DNA of 64,000 bases, from assembly GCA_035280505.1 (NCBI GenBank), contig DATEFT010000635.1:1583-65582 (forward strand), in the 5' to 3' direction. Positions 27,041-39,049 of the stretch are shown here, one piece after another. The notes beneath the pieces are model-generated. The model saw nothing but the letters and a program-made list of their open reading frames with translations. It searched no databases and had not been told where the DNA came from. Source of the DNA: Blastocatellia bacterium. GTDB lineage: Bacteria; Acidobacteriota; Blastocatellia; RBC074. The position numbers and the translations under genes were made by a program. Position 1 is the stretch's first letter; each line of letters opens with the position of its first letter.

Positions 27041-28351
27041 TTAAAAAAGGGCGCCGCAGACGCGGCAAAAACGGTCTTCGACATCGGCCTCCGTTCGACA
27101 CCATCGACAGAGTCGCCGCCCGACCTGCAATTGAACGGCCGGATCGTCGGCCACCGCGGTCTCGGATCTGGGCAACGCCGCGGGCAGTTCGACCGGCGGG
27201 ACATTGAGCGCGGCGGCCGCTGGATCGAATGAATCCGGCAGACTCGGCGCCGGCAATTCCGGGGTCGAAGTCATCGGAGGCTCGTCGTTAAATTCCATCG
27301 TCGGAGCGGCGTCGTCCAAGGGCCCTGTATCCCTCACCGGCCGAAGCGCGTCGGGATCTAACAGCGGCGCCTGAGGAATCGGATAAGTAGGAGGCAGCAA
27401 GACCCGATTGGCCAGCAGTTCCACATCAAACCCCTCCTTCCGAACCCGGCTGTCGATATAGAGCAAGGTAAATCCGAGCATGACGATCGGCGCGATCAGA
27501 ATTTGACTGATCTGCGTCAGAGCCTCCTGCGCGATGGTAAACCAAAAAGGAACATCATCGCCGAAGAAGTTGAGATCGCCCTCGACCCAGCGCCCGTAGA
27601 TGAGCAACGGAAAGATCAGCAACAACCATAACGACCAGGCCACATAGGTCCAGAAGAGGATGATCACGCCAATCCGCGGCAACGATCCTCCGGCCAGTTC
27701 GAAGCTGCGGCCGATCGAACTTAGCACCCCTTTGCCCTCGACCATCATCACCTGAGGCACGTAGATAATCCGGCTGAACAGCATTAAGATCATGACGATC
27801 ATGAAGGCGAACGTCAGCACGGCGAAGATCACGATCATCACCAATCGAAGCCATTCCGGAAGGAGGCCGCCGGCAATACTGGCCAGAAACAGAAAGAGCA
27901 CCAAGAGCAGGCCCAGGACCACGTAGATCAAGACGCCGAAAGCGAGGATCACCAGCGAGACCACAAAAATGGCCAGGATCAGGGGACCCAACTTTTCGCG
28001 GACGGCCTGATAGATCGCGCGCGCGCGCAGCGGAGTGCCGTCGAAGAAGTGGTAGACCAGAGTTCGTGAGGCGCCTCCCAGGACGGCGAAGAGGGCTGCG
28101 GTCCCGACCAGCCGAAGCAAACCGCCGCCGATCACCATGAGCACGGTTAGAACCAACCGGGACTCGCCCCGCACCATCGAGAAGTTACGAACGCCCAGCA
28201 GCAGCAGGATCGAACCGGCATAGGCCACCAGACTCGGCACCAGCACAATCTGCAGCAGCACCTTGAAGTTCCGCCGATAGAGCCGCGCCGCCCGGTCGAT
28301 AATGTCACCGGCGGACATCGGCGTGATGGTGAAGGTGTCGAAAGAGTTCAT
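27041..28351 (-). CDS. Polytopic membrane protein (GDPD-membrane-domain-like) with a Pro-rich tail and C-terminal zinc ribbon
   Basis: 436 aa. Start DIIDRAARLYRRNFKVLLQIVLVP plus about 6-7 hydrophobic helices. C-terminal CRWCRTEADVEDRFCRVCGALF (CxxC-N10-CxxC). Confidence 0.6.
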   Translation of the reverse strand: MNSFDTFTITPMSAGDIIDRAARLYRRNFKVLLQIVLVPSLVAYAGSILLLLGVRNFSMVRGESRLVLTVLMVIGGGLLRLVGTAALFAVLGGASRTLVYHFFDGTPLRARAIYQAVREKLGPLILAIFVVSLVILAFGVLIYVVLGLLLVLFLFLASIAGGLLPEWLRLVMIVIFAVLTFAFMIVMILMLFSRIIYVPQVMMVEGKGVLSSIGRSFELAGGSLPRIGVIILFWTYVAWSLWLLLIFPLLIYGRWVEGDLNFFGDDVPFWFTIAQEALTQISQILIAPIVMLGFTLLYIDSRVRKEGFDVELLANRVLLPPTYPIPQAPLLDPDALRPVRDTGPLDDAAPTMEFNDEPPMTSTPELPAPSLPDSFDPAAAALNVPPVELPAALPRSETAVADDPAVQLQVGRRLCRWCRTEADVEDRFCRVCGALF

Positions 28352-28557
28352 TCAATTCCAGCCCGATCCTCGAGTTTCGGTAAGCTTTCCGCGCACATCT
28401 TAAGCGATTTGATCCAGGCTTGGAAAACATTCGGGTCCAGGTTGGAAATTGTCGTCAGAGATAAGATAAGATTGCAACTCAGCACGGTGCAACCGCGTAG
28501 ATCCACGGCGAGGTTCGGGAGAGCGGTCTCCCACTAATATCGATCGGAGATTATCTA

Positions 28558-29349
28558 ATGAAGCGATATACAGCCACTGCCCTCGGGCTTCTAATGACGT
28601 TGACCTGCGCAACGCCAAGCTGGGCCCGCTCCAAGGCTGAAGCGAGAGAACGAGCGCAGAGAGCCGCGCAGGCATTTCAGGAGATTATGGCCGCTCCCGA
28701 CCAGGCCGTGCCGCAGGACCTGCTCGACCGCGCCTATTGCATTGCCGTCTTCCCCTCGGTCAAAAAGGGAGGATTCGTCTTCGGCGGCCAGTACGGCAAG
28801 GGTCTCATCAGTTGTCGCCGGCCCGAAGGTTCGTGGGGCGCACCAGCCTACTTCACGATCGGCGGCGGCAGCTTCGGGCTGCAGATCGGCGGTCAGACGG
28901 TCGATCTGGTGCTCTTGATTATGAATCAATCCGGCGTCGAGGGCCTGCTCCAGGATAAATTCGAGATCGGAGCCGGAGCCGCCGCTTCGGCGGGGCCGGT
29001 CGGCCGCAATACCCATGCCTCGACCGATATTCTGCTGAAATCGCAAATCCTCTCCTATTCGCGCAGCCGGGGCCTCTTCGCCGGGTTGGAGTTGAAGGGA
29101 GCCGTGATCATGCCGGACAAGGATTCCAACAAAGATATCTACGAACAGGAGATCACCGCCCGCGAAATCATCATCGACGGCAAGGCTCGCACGCCATCGA
29201 CCATTCTGATCTTCCCGCAAACCCTGCGTAAATATTCAGCCGCGAAGGAGTCGGGGAAACAGCCAGCGAATAAAGAAGAGCCGGCGAAAGAGCCGGAACC
29301 GGAAAATGCCGAGCCGGCGAGGGAGCCGGTGAAAGAGCCGACGAATTAA
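28558..29349 (+). CDS. SYLF (Ysc84/DUF500) lipid-binding domain protein, secreted
   Basis: 263 aa. Signal peptide ...[35 protein letters not shown]...[31 protein letters not shown]. Confidence 0.75.
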   Translation: MKRYTATALGLLMTLTCATPSWARSKAEARERAQRAAQAFQEIMAAPDQAVPQDLLDRAYCIAVFPSVKKGGFVFGGQYGKGLISCRRPEGSWGAPAYFTIGGGSFGLQIGGQTVDLVLLIMNQSGVEGLLQDKFEIGAGAAASAGPVGRNTHASTDILLKSQILSYSRSRGLFAGLELKGAVIMPDKDSNKDIYEQEITAREIIIDGKARTPSTILIFPQTLRKYSAAKESGKQPANKEEPAKEPEPENAEPAREPVKEPTN

Positions 29350-29388
29350 AATCCGGCGCGCCGGCAGACCGGCGACCGGGAGGGCGGT

Positions 29389-30357
<969 letters not shown>

Positions 30358-30432
30358 TCATTAGAGGTGAAACCCGATGAGAATTTTAGAATTTGAATTT
30401 TGTGGATTTGGATGCTAGATTGGCGGGCTGCT

Positions 30433-31281
30433 ATGGCGATCAAGTTACTTGCACTCGATATCGACGGAACGTTGCTGACACCGCGAGGGGAACTCTCAGC
30501 ACGAAATCAGGCCGCCCTCCACAAAGCACGTCTAGCCGGAGTAGAGGTCGTCCTGGTCACCGGGCGCCGGTTCGACTCGGCCCGCTTGCTGCTGCAGGAT
30601 TTGCGCCTCGAGCTGCCGGTGATCTCGCATAACGGGGCGTTGAGCAAAGATCCCCTCTCGCTTGAAACCTTCGACCTGCATTCGCTCGAGGTCGAGGTCG
30701 CGAGGGAGATCGTCCTGACGGCGCGCGGGGCCGGCATCGATATGATCTGTTGCTGGGATGAACCGCTCGGCGTCGGAGTCATGGTCTTTGATTACGTCTC
30801 CGAGACCAATGTTCTGCTGCGCCGATATCTGGAGAAATATCGGGATTCGGTCGTTGAAGTGGCCGACTTGATCGGATATATCGATCGTCCGCCGATCCAG
30901 ATTATGTTTTCAGGTCCGTGCGAACCCATGGATCGATTCGCGGAGGATCTGCAATCGGTAATGCGTGAACGAATCCAGATCTTTAAAACGCGTTATCCGG
31001 CGGCGGACCTGACGATCCTGGATGCCCTCAGCGTTCGAGCGTCAAAAGGCCAGAGCCTGGCCAAGTTCGCCGGCCAACGAGGGATCGCCCGGGAGGAGGT
31101 CATGGCCATCGGCGACAATCATAATGACCTGCCGATGCTCCAGTACGCCGGGCTCGGCGTGCTGATGGCCAATGCCGAAGAAGAATTAAAGCAGATGGGT
31201 TTCGTCATGACGTCTTCCAATAATGAAGACGGAGTGGCCGAAGCCATAGAGAAATTTATATTACAGAAGGAGCCAACATGA
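30433..31281 (+). CDS. Cof-type HAD-IIB hydrolase
   Basis: Start set at ATG 30433 ([15 protein letters not shown]). C-terminal [22 protein letters not shown]. Confidence 0.8.
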   Translation: MAIKLLALDIDGTLLTPRGELSARNQAALHKARLAGVEVVLVTGRRFDSARLLLQDLRLELPVISHNGALSKDPLSLETFDLHSLEVEVAREIVLTARGAGIDMICCWDEPLGVGVMVFDYVSETNVLLRRYLEKYRDSVVEVADLIGYIDRPPIQIMFSGPCEPMDRFAEDLQSVMRERIQIFKTRYPAADLTILDALSVRASKGQSLAKFAGQRGIAREEVMAIGDNHNDLPMLQYAGLGVLMANAEEELKQMGFVMTSSNNEDGVAEAIEKFILQKEPT

Positions 31282-31727
31282 CAGAGACCAAAAATCGGAC
31301 AGTGGTGATCGAAACCGACAAGGGTTCCATCAAGATTCTGCTGGCCGAAGATCTCGCCCCGACGACCACGGGGAATTTTATTGAACTGACCGAAAAAAAA
31401 TTCTATGACGGCTTGAAGTTTCATCGAGTGGAACCGAATTTTGTCGTTCAGGGAGGCTGCCCGCACGGAACCGGGACGGGAGGATCGGGCAAAAATATCC
31501 CGCTCGAGGTCAGCCCGAACCTGAAACACGGCGAGGCCGGCGCCGTCGCCATGGCCCGCGCGACGGATCCCAACAGCGCCAGTTCGCAGTTCTACATCAC
31601 GCTGGCGCCGACCCCGTTTCTCGACGGCAATTATGCGGTCTTCGGCCGCGTCACCGAGGGGTTGGAGGTGGTGCGTCAGATTCGCGTCGGTGACGCGATC
31701 AAGCGAGTCTACCTGTTCCAGGAGTAG
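31278..31727 (+). CDS. Peptidyl-prolyl cis-trans isomerase, cyclophilin type
   Basis: 149 aa. [47 protein letters not shown]. Overlaps the upstream stop by 4 nt. Confidence 0.9.
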   Translation: MTETKNRTVVIETDKGSIKILLAEDLAPTTTGNFIELTEKKFYDGLKFHRVEPNFVVQGGCPHGTGTGGSGKNIPLEVSPNLKHGEAGAVAMARATDPNSASSQFYITLAPTPFLDGNYAVFGRVTEGLEVVRQIRVGDAIKRVYLFQE

Positions 31728-31766
31728 ATGGTGGAAACGAGCCGGGTCCGCCCGACGGGTCAGAAC

Positions 31767-32264
31767 CTATCTCTCTTTCCGCCCTCGCTTTCCGGTCTCC
31801 GGCTCGGCCGGCTGTGTGATGAATCGCTTGGTGACGGGCGATGAGAGAACGATGGAGGTCGTCGTCGTCCCGTAGGGCAACAATTTTTCGATGACATGTT
31901 CCAGGTGAGCAACTGAGGAGACGCGCACTTTCAGAATAAAAGAATCTCCGCCCGTCCCACGGTGACACTCTGTCACTTCAGCCAGATCTTTCATTAAATC
32001 GACGATCCGCGCCGAGACATTTCCGGTAATGCTCATCCGAATATAGGCCAGGATCGGATAGCCAATCTTTTCAAAATTCACCTCGGCGTGATAGCCGGTG
32101 ATGATCCCCGCGTCCTCCATCCGGCGAACCCGTTCGGTCACCGCCGGGATCGAAAGTCCGACCCGCCGTCCCAGCTCGGAAAAGGATATTCGCCCGTTAT
32201 CCTGCAACTCTTTCAGAATATGCCAGCCAATGTCGTCCAGCAATTTTTCATTTTCTAAAGCCAT
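31767..32264 (-). CDS. Lrp/AsnC-family transcriptional regulator
   Basis: 165 aa. HTH region [47 protein letters not shown] plus a RAM-type C-terminal domain. Confidence 0.9.
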   Translation of the reverse strand: MALENEKLLDDIGWHILKELQDNGRISFSELGRRVGLSIPAVTERVRRMEDAGIITGYHAEVNFEKIGYPILAYIRMSITGNVSARIVDLMKDLAEVTECHRGTGGDSFILKVRVSSVAHLEHVIEKLLPYGTTTTSIVLSSPVTKRFITQPAEPETGKRGRKER

Positions 32265-32370
32265 TTTGCGGAATAACTTTAAATATTAGGCGCGGTCGTT
32301 GCAATACCTTCAATCAGATCTTCATCGGTTTTTACGCGCGCTCTATGATTTTGGAACAGGAGGAGAGGCG

Positions 32371-33336
32371 ATGTCATTTGAGAAAACGCGATGGCTTTGG
32401 CACAACGGCAAACTGGTCTTGTGGAATGGAGCGCAGATCCACGCATCGGCCTTCGGGCTTCATTACGGCACCGGCGTCTTCGAGGGCATTCGCGCCTATC
32501 AGACGGAAGAGGGCCCGGCCATCTTCCGGCTGAAAGAGCATCTGGACCGCTTCGATGCCTCCGCCCGGGCCTATGGAATCGAGATCGGATATTCGCCCGA
32601 AGAGCTGAGCGAAGCGATCAGCGAAACCGTCATTCTCAACGACTTCCAAAACTGCTACATCCGGCCGATCGCCTATTACGACAGCGGCAGCCTGGGAATT
32701 CGTTCGACCTGCCCGGTCAGCGTCACCATCATCAGTTGGGAATGGCCCAATGCGCTGGATGCTGAAAAGAAGGCCCGGGGATTGCGCGTCACCATCTCGC
32801 CGTGGAGAAAATTCCATCACAGTATGATGCCTACTACGGCCAAATCGACCGGCCAGTATCTCAATTCGATCCTCGCCGTGCGCGACGCCGCCGCGCGCGG
32901 TTTTGACGAGGCGCTCCTGCTCGATATGGACGGCAATCTGGCCGAGGGCGCGGTCGAGAACATCTTTCTGGTGCGGAACGGCCAACTGCTGACGAATGAC
33001 GAGAGGTCTTCCATTCTGCTCGGGGTGACGCGGGCGTCGGTCATCGAAATCGCTCGGCATCTGGGCTACGAGGTTGAGATCCGCACGCTCACGCTCGATG
33101 ATCTTTGGAGCGCCGACGAAGCCTTCCTGACCGGGACGGCCGTCGAGATCGCGCCGATCCGCGAAGTCGACGGCCGGTCTATCGGGGACGGCCGGACGCG
33201 ACCGGTCACCGACCGGATTCAAGCGATCTTCTCCGGCATCGTCTCCGGAGGCGGCCGGTCATCGGAAGAATCGACTCTGCAACCCTATCGGCATTGGCTC
33301 TACCCGGTAGAGACCCTGGTCGGCGCGGCCGCGTAG
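32371..33336 (+). CDS. ilvE: Class IV (branched-chain amino acid) aminotransferase
   Basis: Start set at ATG 32371 (GGAGGAG RBS). [68 protein letters not shown]. Confidence 0.8.
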   Translation: MSFEKTRWLWHNGKLVLWNGAQIHASAFGLHYGTGVFEGIRAYQTEEGPAIFRLKEHLDRFDASARAYGIEIGYSPEELSEAISETVILNDFQNCYIRPIAYYDSGSLGIRSTCPVSVTIISWEWPNALDAEKKARGLRVTISPWRKFHHSMMPTTAKSTGQYLNSILAVRDAAARGFDEALLLDMDGNLAEGAVENIFLVRNGQLLTNDERSSILLGVTRASVIEIARHLGYEVEIRTLTLDDLWSADEAFLTGTAVEIAPIREVDGRSIGDGRTRPVTDRIQAIFSGIVSGGGRSSEESTLQPYRHWLYPVETLVGAAA

Positions 33337-33378
33337 TAGTCTCAGGACTATCGATTTTGCGAGCGGAGGTTTCATCAG

Positions 33379-35352
33379 ATGACCATGCAATTCCGCAATG
33401 ACAACGCGATCGCCTGGCGCCCTTCCGCGGAGGTCGTCGCGCGCGCGCAATTGACCCGCTTTCTCTCATTCTGCGGGCTCCAAACCTTCGACGAACTCTA
33501 CCGGCGCTCGATCGAAGACGTCGCCTGGTTCACTGAACAGTTGGTGCGTTTTCTCGATCTGCAGTTCGACCGGCCCTATCGCCGGATTCTGGATCTCTCC
33601 CGGGGTCCGCAATGGCCCAGATGGTGCGTGGACGGGCAGCTCAATATCACCAGGAACTGCCTGGATCGCTGGATCGAGGAGGAGTCGACCGCGCAGACGC
33701 CCGCCGTGATCTGGGAGGGCGAAGCCGGGGAGACTCGTTCGCTCAACTATCAGGAGCTCTGGGACGAGGTCGGTCTCTGCGCCGCCGGACTTCGCGCCTG
33801 CGGATTGAAGAAAGGGGACGCGGTCGGACTGCATCTGCCGATGGTCCCGGAGACGGTGATCGCCCTGCTGGCGATCAATCGGATCGGCGGGATCGCCGTG
33901 CCGCTCTTCTCCGGTTACGGCCCGTCGGCGATCGAATCGCGGCTGAGCGACGTCGGCGCCAAAGCCGTCTTCACCTGCGACGGATTCTTCCGCCGGGGCA
34001 GAAAGGTCGCCGCCAAGACCGTCATCGACGAGGCCGTCGCCAAGCTGCCGGAGATCACGCGGGTCTTCGTCGTGCGTCGTTCGATGGAGACCGTTCCGAT
34101 CAAGGTCGGCCGTGACCTCTATTTCGACCAGCTCCTGGCCACCGGCGCGAAGAACGCCGGGCTCAGACAGGCGGAGATCACCGAGGCGGAAGACCCGCTG
34201 ATCGCCATCTACACCTCGGGAACCACCGGAAAACCCAAGGGAATCCTGCACACCCACTGCGGCTTTCCCGTCAAATCGGCTCAGGACATGTGTTTCGGCA
34301 CGGATGTCGGGCGCGGAACCCGCATCGCGTGGCTCACCGATCTGGGCTGGATGATGGGCCCCTGGCTGATCTATGGAGCGCTGATCCTGGGCGGCACGAT
34401 CGTGCTCTTCGACGGCGCGCCCGATTATCCCGGCCCCGACCGCATGTGGAATTTCTGCGAGCGGCATCAGGTGGAGGTGCTGGGCCTCTCGCCCTCGCTG
34501 GTCCGGGCGCTCGCGACTCACGACGACCATTGGACCACGCGGCATGATCTCTCCAAACTCCGAATCCTGGCCTCGACCGGCGAGCCCTGGAATCCAGATC
34601 CCTGGTGGTGGTTGTTCGAGAAGGTCGGAAAGGGCCGCGTGCCGATCATCAACTACTCCGGAGGCACCGAGATCTCGGGCGGCATCCTGATGAGCAACCC
34701 GCTGCTGCCGATCAAACCCTGTGCGTTCTCGGCCCCCTGTCCGGGAATTGCGGCCGACGTCGTCGATGAACACGGCGCTTCGGTGCACGGGGCGGTCGGA
34801 GAGCTGGCGATCCGCAGTCCGTGGATCGGTCAGGCTCGCGGGTTCTGGAAAGATCCGGAACGCTATTTGCGTACTTATTGGTCACGGTTTCCAGAGATCT
34901 GGATCCACGGCGATTGGGCCCAAATCGACGCCGAGGGCCACTGGCAGATTCTGGGACGCAGCGATGACACGCTCAAGATCGCCGGCAAGCGCGTGGGCCC
35001 CGCCGAAGTCGAGTCGATCCTGGTGGGCCATCAATCGGTGCTCGAAGCCGCCGCCATCGGTGTGCCCGATGAACTGAAGGGGACCGCGCTGGTCGTCTTC
35101 TGCGTGCCGGCGCCCGGGGCGGAGACCACGCCACAACTGGCGGAGACCTTGAAGGCCAGGGTGGCGGCCGAGTTGGGCAAACCGCTGCGGCCCGAAACAG
35201 TGCTCTTTGTTCCGGCGTTGCCCAAAACCCGGAATGCCAAAGTGATGCGCCGCGTCATCCGCGCGGCCTACCTGGGCGAAGAGATCGGCGACGTGACCGC
35301 GCTGGATAATCCGGCGGCGGTCGATGAAATAAAGAAGTCTAGAGAAGTCTAG
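33379..35352 (+). CDS. AMP-forming acyl-CoA synthetase (acetyl-CoA synthetase family)
   Basis: 657 aa. [12 protein letters not shown]...[13 protein letters not shown]-binding motif [12 protein letters not shown], ...[12 protein letters not shown]. The last 6 codons and the stop lie inside repeat 35333..35530. Confidence 0.8.
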   Translation: MTMQFRNDNAIAWRPSAEVVARAQLTRFLSFCGLQTFDELYRRSIEDVAWFTEQLVRFLDLQFDRPYRRILDLSRGPQWPRWCVDGQLNITRNCLDRWIEEESTAQTPAVIWEGEAGETRSLNYQELWDEVGLCAAGLRACGLKKGDAVGLHLPMVPETVIALLAINRIGGIAVPLFSGYGPSAIESRLSDVGAKAVFTCDGFFRRGRKVAAKTVIDEAVAKLPEITRVFVVRRSMETVPIKVGRDLYFDQLLATGAKNAGLRQAEITEAEDPLIAIYTSGTTGKPKGILHTHCGFPVKSAQDMCFGTDVGRGTRIAWLTDLGWMMGPWLIYGALILGGTIVLFDGAPDYPGPDRMWNFCERHQVEVLGLSPSLVRALATHDDHWTTRHDLSKLRILASTGEPWNPDPWWWLFEKVGKGRVPIINYSGGTEISGGILMSNPLLPIKPCAFSAPCPGIAADVVDEHGASVHGAVGELAIRSPWIGQARGFWKDPERYLRTYWSRFPEIWIHGDWAQIDAEGHWQILGRSDDTLKIAGKRVGPAEVESILVGHQSVLEAAAIGVPDELKGTALVVFCVPAPGAETTPQLAETLKARVAAELGKPLRPETVLFVPALPKTRNAKVMRRVIRAAYLGEEIGDVTALDNPAAVDEIKKSREV

Positions 35353-35530
35353 AGAAGTCTAGAGAGGTCTCGGAGTTGCCGTTTCGCCCCAGTTTCAGCG
35401 GATGTTGAGGAGAGATCGAGAGAAGTCTAGAAGCCTAGATGAATGACACTCTCTGCCTATTGGCCTCCTCTAGACCTAGACTTCCCTCGATCTCTCCCGG
35501 CTTTCCTGGACTTCTCTAGACTTTTCCTGG
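35333..35530. repeat. Family-B compound palindromic element (nested arms of GAAGTCTAGA decamers)
   Basis: Outer left arm GAAGTCTAGA x3 plus GAGGTCTCGG (35333..35370). Inner arms 35409..35439 and 35469..35497 (GGAGAGATCGAGAGAAGTCTAGAAGCCTAGA / TCTAGACCTAGACTTCCCTCGATCTCTCC). Outer right arm CTGGACTTCTCTAGACTTTTCCTGG (35506..35530). Confidence 0.85.
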
Positions 35531-35537
35531 GAGAAAG

Positions 35538-36398
35538 ATGTCCATATCAACTGCACCCATCGAAGATTTTTTGACTTCCGACGTGGGGTTTGAGGAGATC
35601 AGCCTCTTACCGATCGATCATCCGGGCGCGCATGACCCGGAGTACCGGGTTCGGCGCGACTTCATCGCCCGGCTGGCCAAACAGTATCGCGAAGATCCGA
35701 AGCACGTTATTCCGGTGGTCGACTATACCAGGCAGGAGACGGCGATCTGGCGGCACGTTTATGACCAGTTGGAAGAGACCCAGCAACGCCGCGCCTGTTC
35801 GTTCTATCTGACCGCCAAACGCGCGCTCGGGATCTGCCGCAACCGAATTCCGCAGGTCGATGAGATGGCCGAAAAACTGCGCCGGATGACCGATTTTCGC
35901 CTCGCTCCGATCGAGGGCCTGGTCGAGACGCGCGCGTTCCTGAGCTGGCTGAGCAAACGCGTCATGCTCTGCACTCAATACATCCGGCATCACTCGCGAC
36001 CGGACTATACCCCCGAGCCGGATATCGTGCACGAGGCCATCGGCCACATCCCCAACTTCACGCATCCTGATTTCTGCGATTTTTCCCAGTTCATCGGCCA
36101 GGGAGCCGTGATCGCCGACGATCGACAGTTGGAGCAGTTGGGCCGGCTCTACTGGTTCACCGTCGAATTCGGCCTGATCGAAGAAGGTGACGAGATCAAG
36201 GCCTTCGGCGCGGGCCTGCTGTCGTCCTACAGCGAACTGGAACACGCGTTCGGCGAGACGGTCGAGCGCCGCCAATTCGACCTGGAAGAGGTCATCAACA
36301 CCCCATATGACTACTCGGAGATGCAACCGACGCTCTTCGTCATTCCGTCATATGGATCTTTGAAAGAAGTAACCAGAAAGTTCATCGAGAGCTTTTGA
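35538..36398 (+). CDS. phhA: Phenylalanine 4-monooxygenase (aromatic amino acid hydroxylase)
   Basis: 286 aa. [30 protein letters not shown] (iron ligands), [21 protein letters not shown]. Confidence 0.9.
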   Translation: MSISTAPIEDFLTSDVGFEEISLLPIDHPGAHDPEYRVRRDFIARLAKQYREDPKHVIPVVDYTRQETAIWRHVYDQLEETQQRRACSFYLTAKRALGICRNRIPQVDEMAEKLRRMTDFRLAPIEGLVETRAFLSWLSKRVMLCTQYIRHHSRPDYTPEPDIVHEAIGHIPNFTHPDFCDFSQFIGQGAVIADDRQLEQLGRLYWFTVEFGLIEEGDEIKAFGAGLLSSYSELEHAFGETVERRQFDLEEVINTPYDYSEMQPTLFVIPSYGSLKEVTRKFIESF

Positions 36399-36430
36399 AC
36401 GATCGCCCGAGGCGATCCGACAGGTGAGTT

Positions 36431-37522
36431 ATGAGCAGCGATCTAATAAAAATCAAGAAGATTCATCATCTCGAGTTTTATACCGGCAATGCCAAACAGG
36501 CCGATTACTATTATCGCCAGGCTTTCGGTTTTTCGCGCATCGCCTATGCCGGGCTGGAGACCGGCGACCGCGAACAGACCGCCTATGCGCTTCAGCAGGG
36601 TACGATCAAATTGGTCCTGACCACTCCGCACCACTCCGACTCGCACCTCGCCGATCATCTGCGCCGCCACGGCGACGGGGTCAAGGATATCGCCCTCGAA
36701 GTGGAAGACGCCGACCAGGCGTTCCAGTTGGCGGTCTCACGCGGAGCGATTCCGAATGTCGAGCCCCGGACCCTGAAAGACGATCATGGCTCGATCCGCC
36801 AAGCCAGCGTCAAAGTCTACGGCGACACGATCCATTCGTTCATCTCCAGGGCGAACTACCAGGGGCCCTTCCTGCCGGGCTTCATCGAATCCCGGGTCGA
36901 GGGCCGTTCGGCGGACCTGCTCCGGATCGACCATTTCGTCGCCAATGTCGAACTCGGCAAGATGGCCGAATGGGAGGAGTGGTATCAGCGGGTCTTCGGC
37001 TTCACGCGCTTTATGACCTTTGACGATAAGGACATTTCGACCGAGTATAGCGCGCTCAACAGCGTCGTCATGGCCAACGATTCGCGGAGCGTCAAGTTCC
37101 CGATCAACGAACCGGCGCCCGGTCGCCGCAAGAGCCAGATCCAGGAGTATCTGGAATGCTATGATGGCCCCGGAGTTCAGCACATCGCGCTGACGACGGC
37201 CGACATCGTCTCGACCGTCAGCCGGCTGCGCGCCAACGGCGTGGAGTTTCTGGAGGTGCCCGACACTTACTACGGATCGCTGACCACGCGGGTTGGAAGG
37301 ATCGACGAAGAGATCGAGCAGTTGCGCCAATTGAAGCTGCTGGTCGATCGCGACGAAGAAGGCTATCTGCTCCAGATCTTCACCAAGCCGGTCGAAGATC
37401 GCCCGACCCTCTTCTTCGAGATCATCCAGCGCAAGGGCTGCCAGGGCTTCGGCAAAGGCAATTTCAAGGCCCTCTTTGAAGCGATCGAGCGCGAGCAGGC
37501 GCGGCGCGGCAACCTGGTCTAA
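36431..37522 (+). CDS. hppD: 4-hydroxyphenylpyruvate dioxygenase
   Basis: 363 aa. [80 protein letters not shown]. Confidence 0.92.
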   Translation: MSSDLIKIKKIHHLEFYTGNAKQADYYYRQAFGFSRIAYAGLETGDREQTAYALQQGTIKLVLTTPHHSDSHLADHLRRHGDGVKDIALEVEDADQAFQLAVSRGAIPNVEPRTLKDDHGSIRQASVKVYGDTIHSFISRANYQGPFLPGFIESRVEGRSADLLRIDHFVANVELGKMAEWEEWYQRVFGFTRFMTFDDKDISTEYSALNSVVMANDSRSVKFPINEPAPGRRKSQIQEYLECYDGPGVQHIALTTADIVSTVSRLRANGVEFLEVPDTYYGSLTTRVGRIDEEIEQLRQLKLLVDRDEEGYLLQIFTKPVEDRPTLFFEIIQRKGCQGFGKGNFKALFEAIEREQARRGNLV

Positions 37523-37530
37523 GAGAGGGA

Positions 37531-37586
37531 GAACGCGAGGCACGCGAAAGAGACGATCCACGCGAAGAGGCGGTAATTTCGCGGGG
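37531..37586. repeat. Family-A-like unit cluster with a small hairpin after hppD
   Basis: GAACGCGAGGCACGCGAAAGAG ... CGCGAA (37561..37566) pairs with TTCGCG (37578..37583). Followed by GGGGTCGTCTTTTT. Confidence 0.55.
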
Positions 37587-37623
37587 GTCGTCTTTTTCTA
37601 TGCGCCTCCAATAATTGGCCGAT

Positions 37624-37690
37624 CAACCGCGAACCGCGCGAAACACGCTGAATCGTCCATCTTTCGCGTATTTCGCGTGTTTCGCGGTTG
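37624..37690. repeat. Family-A palindromic element upstream of hmgA
   Basis: CAACCGCGAACCGCGCGAAACACG (37624..37647) pairs with TTTCGCGTATTTCGCGTGTTTCGCGGTTG (37662..37690). It reads as FRVFRVFRG in the spurious N-terminal extension of the ORF-track entry at 37476. Confidence 0.85.
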
Positions 37691-37715
37691 GGATCCCGAT
37701 TTTGTAAACAGAGTG

Positions 37716-39020
37716 ATGAATATGCGAACAGAAAAATTTCTCTACCAGTCGGGCTTCGGCAATGAATTGGCGACCGAGGCCCTCCCCGGAGCCCTCCCCC
37801 AGGGTCAGAATTCGCCGCAAAAAGCGCCGTATGGCCTGTACGCCGAGCAATTCAGCGGCTCGCCCTTCACGGCGCCGCGGGCCGCGAATCGCCGTTCCTG
37901 GCTCTACCGGATCCGCCCCTCGGTCCTGCATCGACCGTTCAACCAGATATCCAATCTCCGGTTGCGGAGCGCCCCCTTCAACGAGGCGCCGCCTCCTCCC
38001 AACCAGTTGCGTTGGGATCCCCTGCCGGTGCCGGACGAACCGACCGATTTTATCGACGGTCTGACGACCATGGCCGGGTGCGGGGACGTGGGAATTCAGA
38101 CCGGGGTCGGAATTCAGATCTATGCCGCCAATATCCCCATGCAGGGCCGTTTCTTTTATAATGCTGACGGCGAGATGCTAATTGTGCCTGAACTCGGGAG
38201 GTTGACCATCCAGACCGAACTCGGGTGGCTGGGAGTAGCGCCCGGTGAAATCTGCGTCTTGCCGCGAGGACTGAAATTTCGTGTTGAACTGCCGGACGGG
38301 TCTGCGCGCGGGTATCTCTGCGAAAATTATGGCGCGCATTTCAAGTTACCGGAACTGGGGCCGATCGGTGCCAACGGATTGGCCAATCCCAGACATTTTC
38401 TGGTGCCGATTGCGGCGTATGATGATCAAGAAGGTGATTTTCGTCTGATCGCCAAATTCCAGGGCAACCTGTGGGAGGCCGCGATCGGCCATTCACCGCT
38501 CGACGTCGTGGCCTGGCACGGCAACTACGCGCCGTACAAGTATGACCTGGCCGATTTCAACCCGATCAATTCCGTAGGTTTCGATCATCCGGATCCTTCG
38601 ATCTTCACCGTGCTGACCTCACCCTCAGAGACGCTCGGGATGGCGAATGTGGACTTTGTGATCTTTCCGCCCCGCTGGGTGGTGGCGGAACACACCTTCC
38701 GCCCGCCATATTTCCATCGAAACGTGATGAGCGAATTTATGGGATTGATCTTCGGTCAATACGATGCGAAGGCCGAAGGCTTTCTGCCGGGCGGCGCCAG
38801 CCTGCACAACTGCATGTCGGGCCACGGCCCGGACGCCGAGACCTTCGAGCGGGCCAGCCAGGCGGAACTCAAACCGCAGCGCTACGACAACACGCTGGCC
38901 TTCATGTTCGAGACCCGGTACGTCATGCGACCGACCAGCTTCGCCCTGGAGACGACGGCCCGGCAAAAAGATTATGATGCGTGCTGGCAGGGGCTGAAGA
39001 AGAATTTCTCGGCCTGGTGA
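37716..39020 (+). CDS. hmgA: Homogentisate 1,2-dioxygenase
   Basis: Start set at ATG 37716 (or 37722): [55 protein letters not shown]. The upstream part of the ORF-track entry is repeat DNA. Confidence 0.92.
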   Translation: MNMRTEKFLYQSGFGNELATEALPGALPQGQNSPQKAPYGLYAEQFSGSPFTAPRAANRRSWLYRIRPSVLHRPFNQISNLRLRSAPFNEAPPPPNQLRWDPLPVPDEPTDFIDGLTTMAGCGDVGIQTGVGIQIYAANIPMQGRFFYNADGEMLIVPELGRLTIQTELGWLGVAPGEICVLPRGLKFRVELPDGSARGYLCENYGAHFKLPELGPIGANGLANPRHFLVPIAAYDDQEGDFRLIAKFQGNLWEAAIGHSPLDVVAWHGNYAPYKYDLADFNPINSVGFDHPDPSIFTVLTSPSETLGMANVDFVIFPPRWVVAEHTFRPPYFHRNVMSEFMGLIFGQYDAKAEGFLPGGASLHNCMSGHGPDAETFERASQAELKPQRYDNTLAFMFETRYVMRPTSFALETTARQKDYDACWQGLKKNFSAW

Positions 39021-39049
39021 TCTTGAAGGAGTTTAAATTCCCCTAATCT

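Noticed and set aside
37476-37715. An 80-aa N-terminal extension of homogentisate dioxygenase, as listed in the ORF track.
   Set aside because: The extension is a translation of family-A repeat DNA (…FRVFRVFRG…) and overlaps the hppD 3-prime end. Family homology begins at the ATG at 37716.
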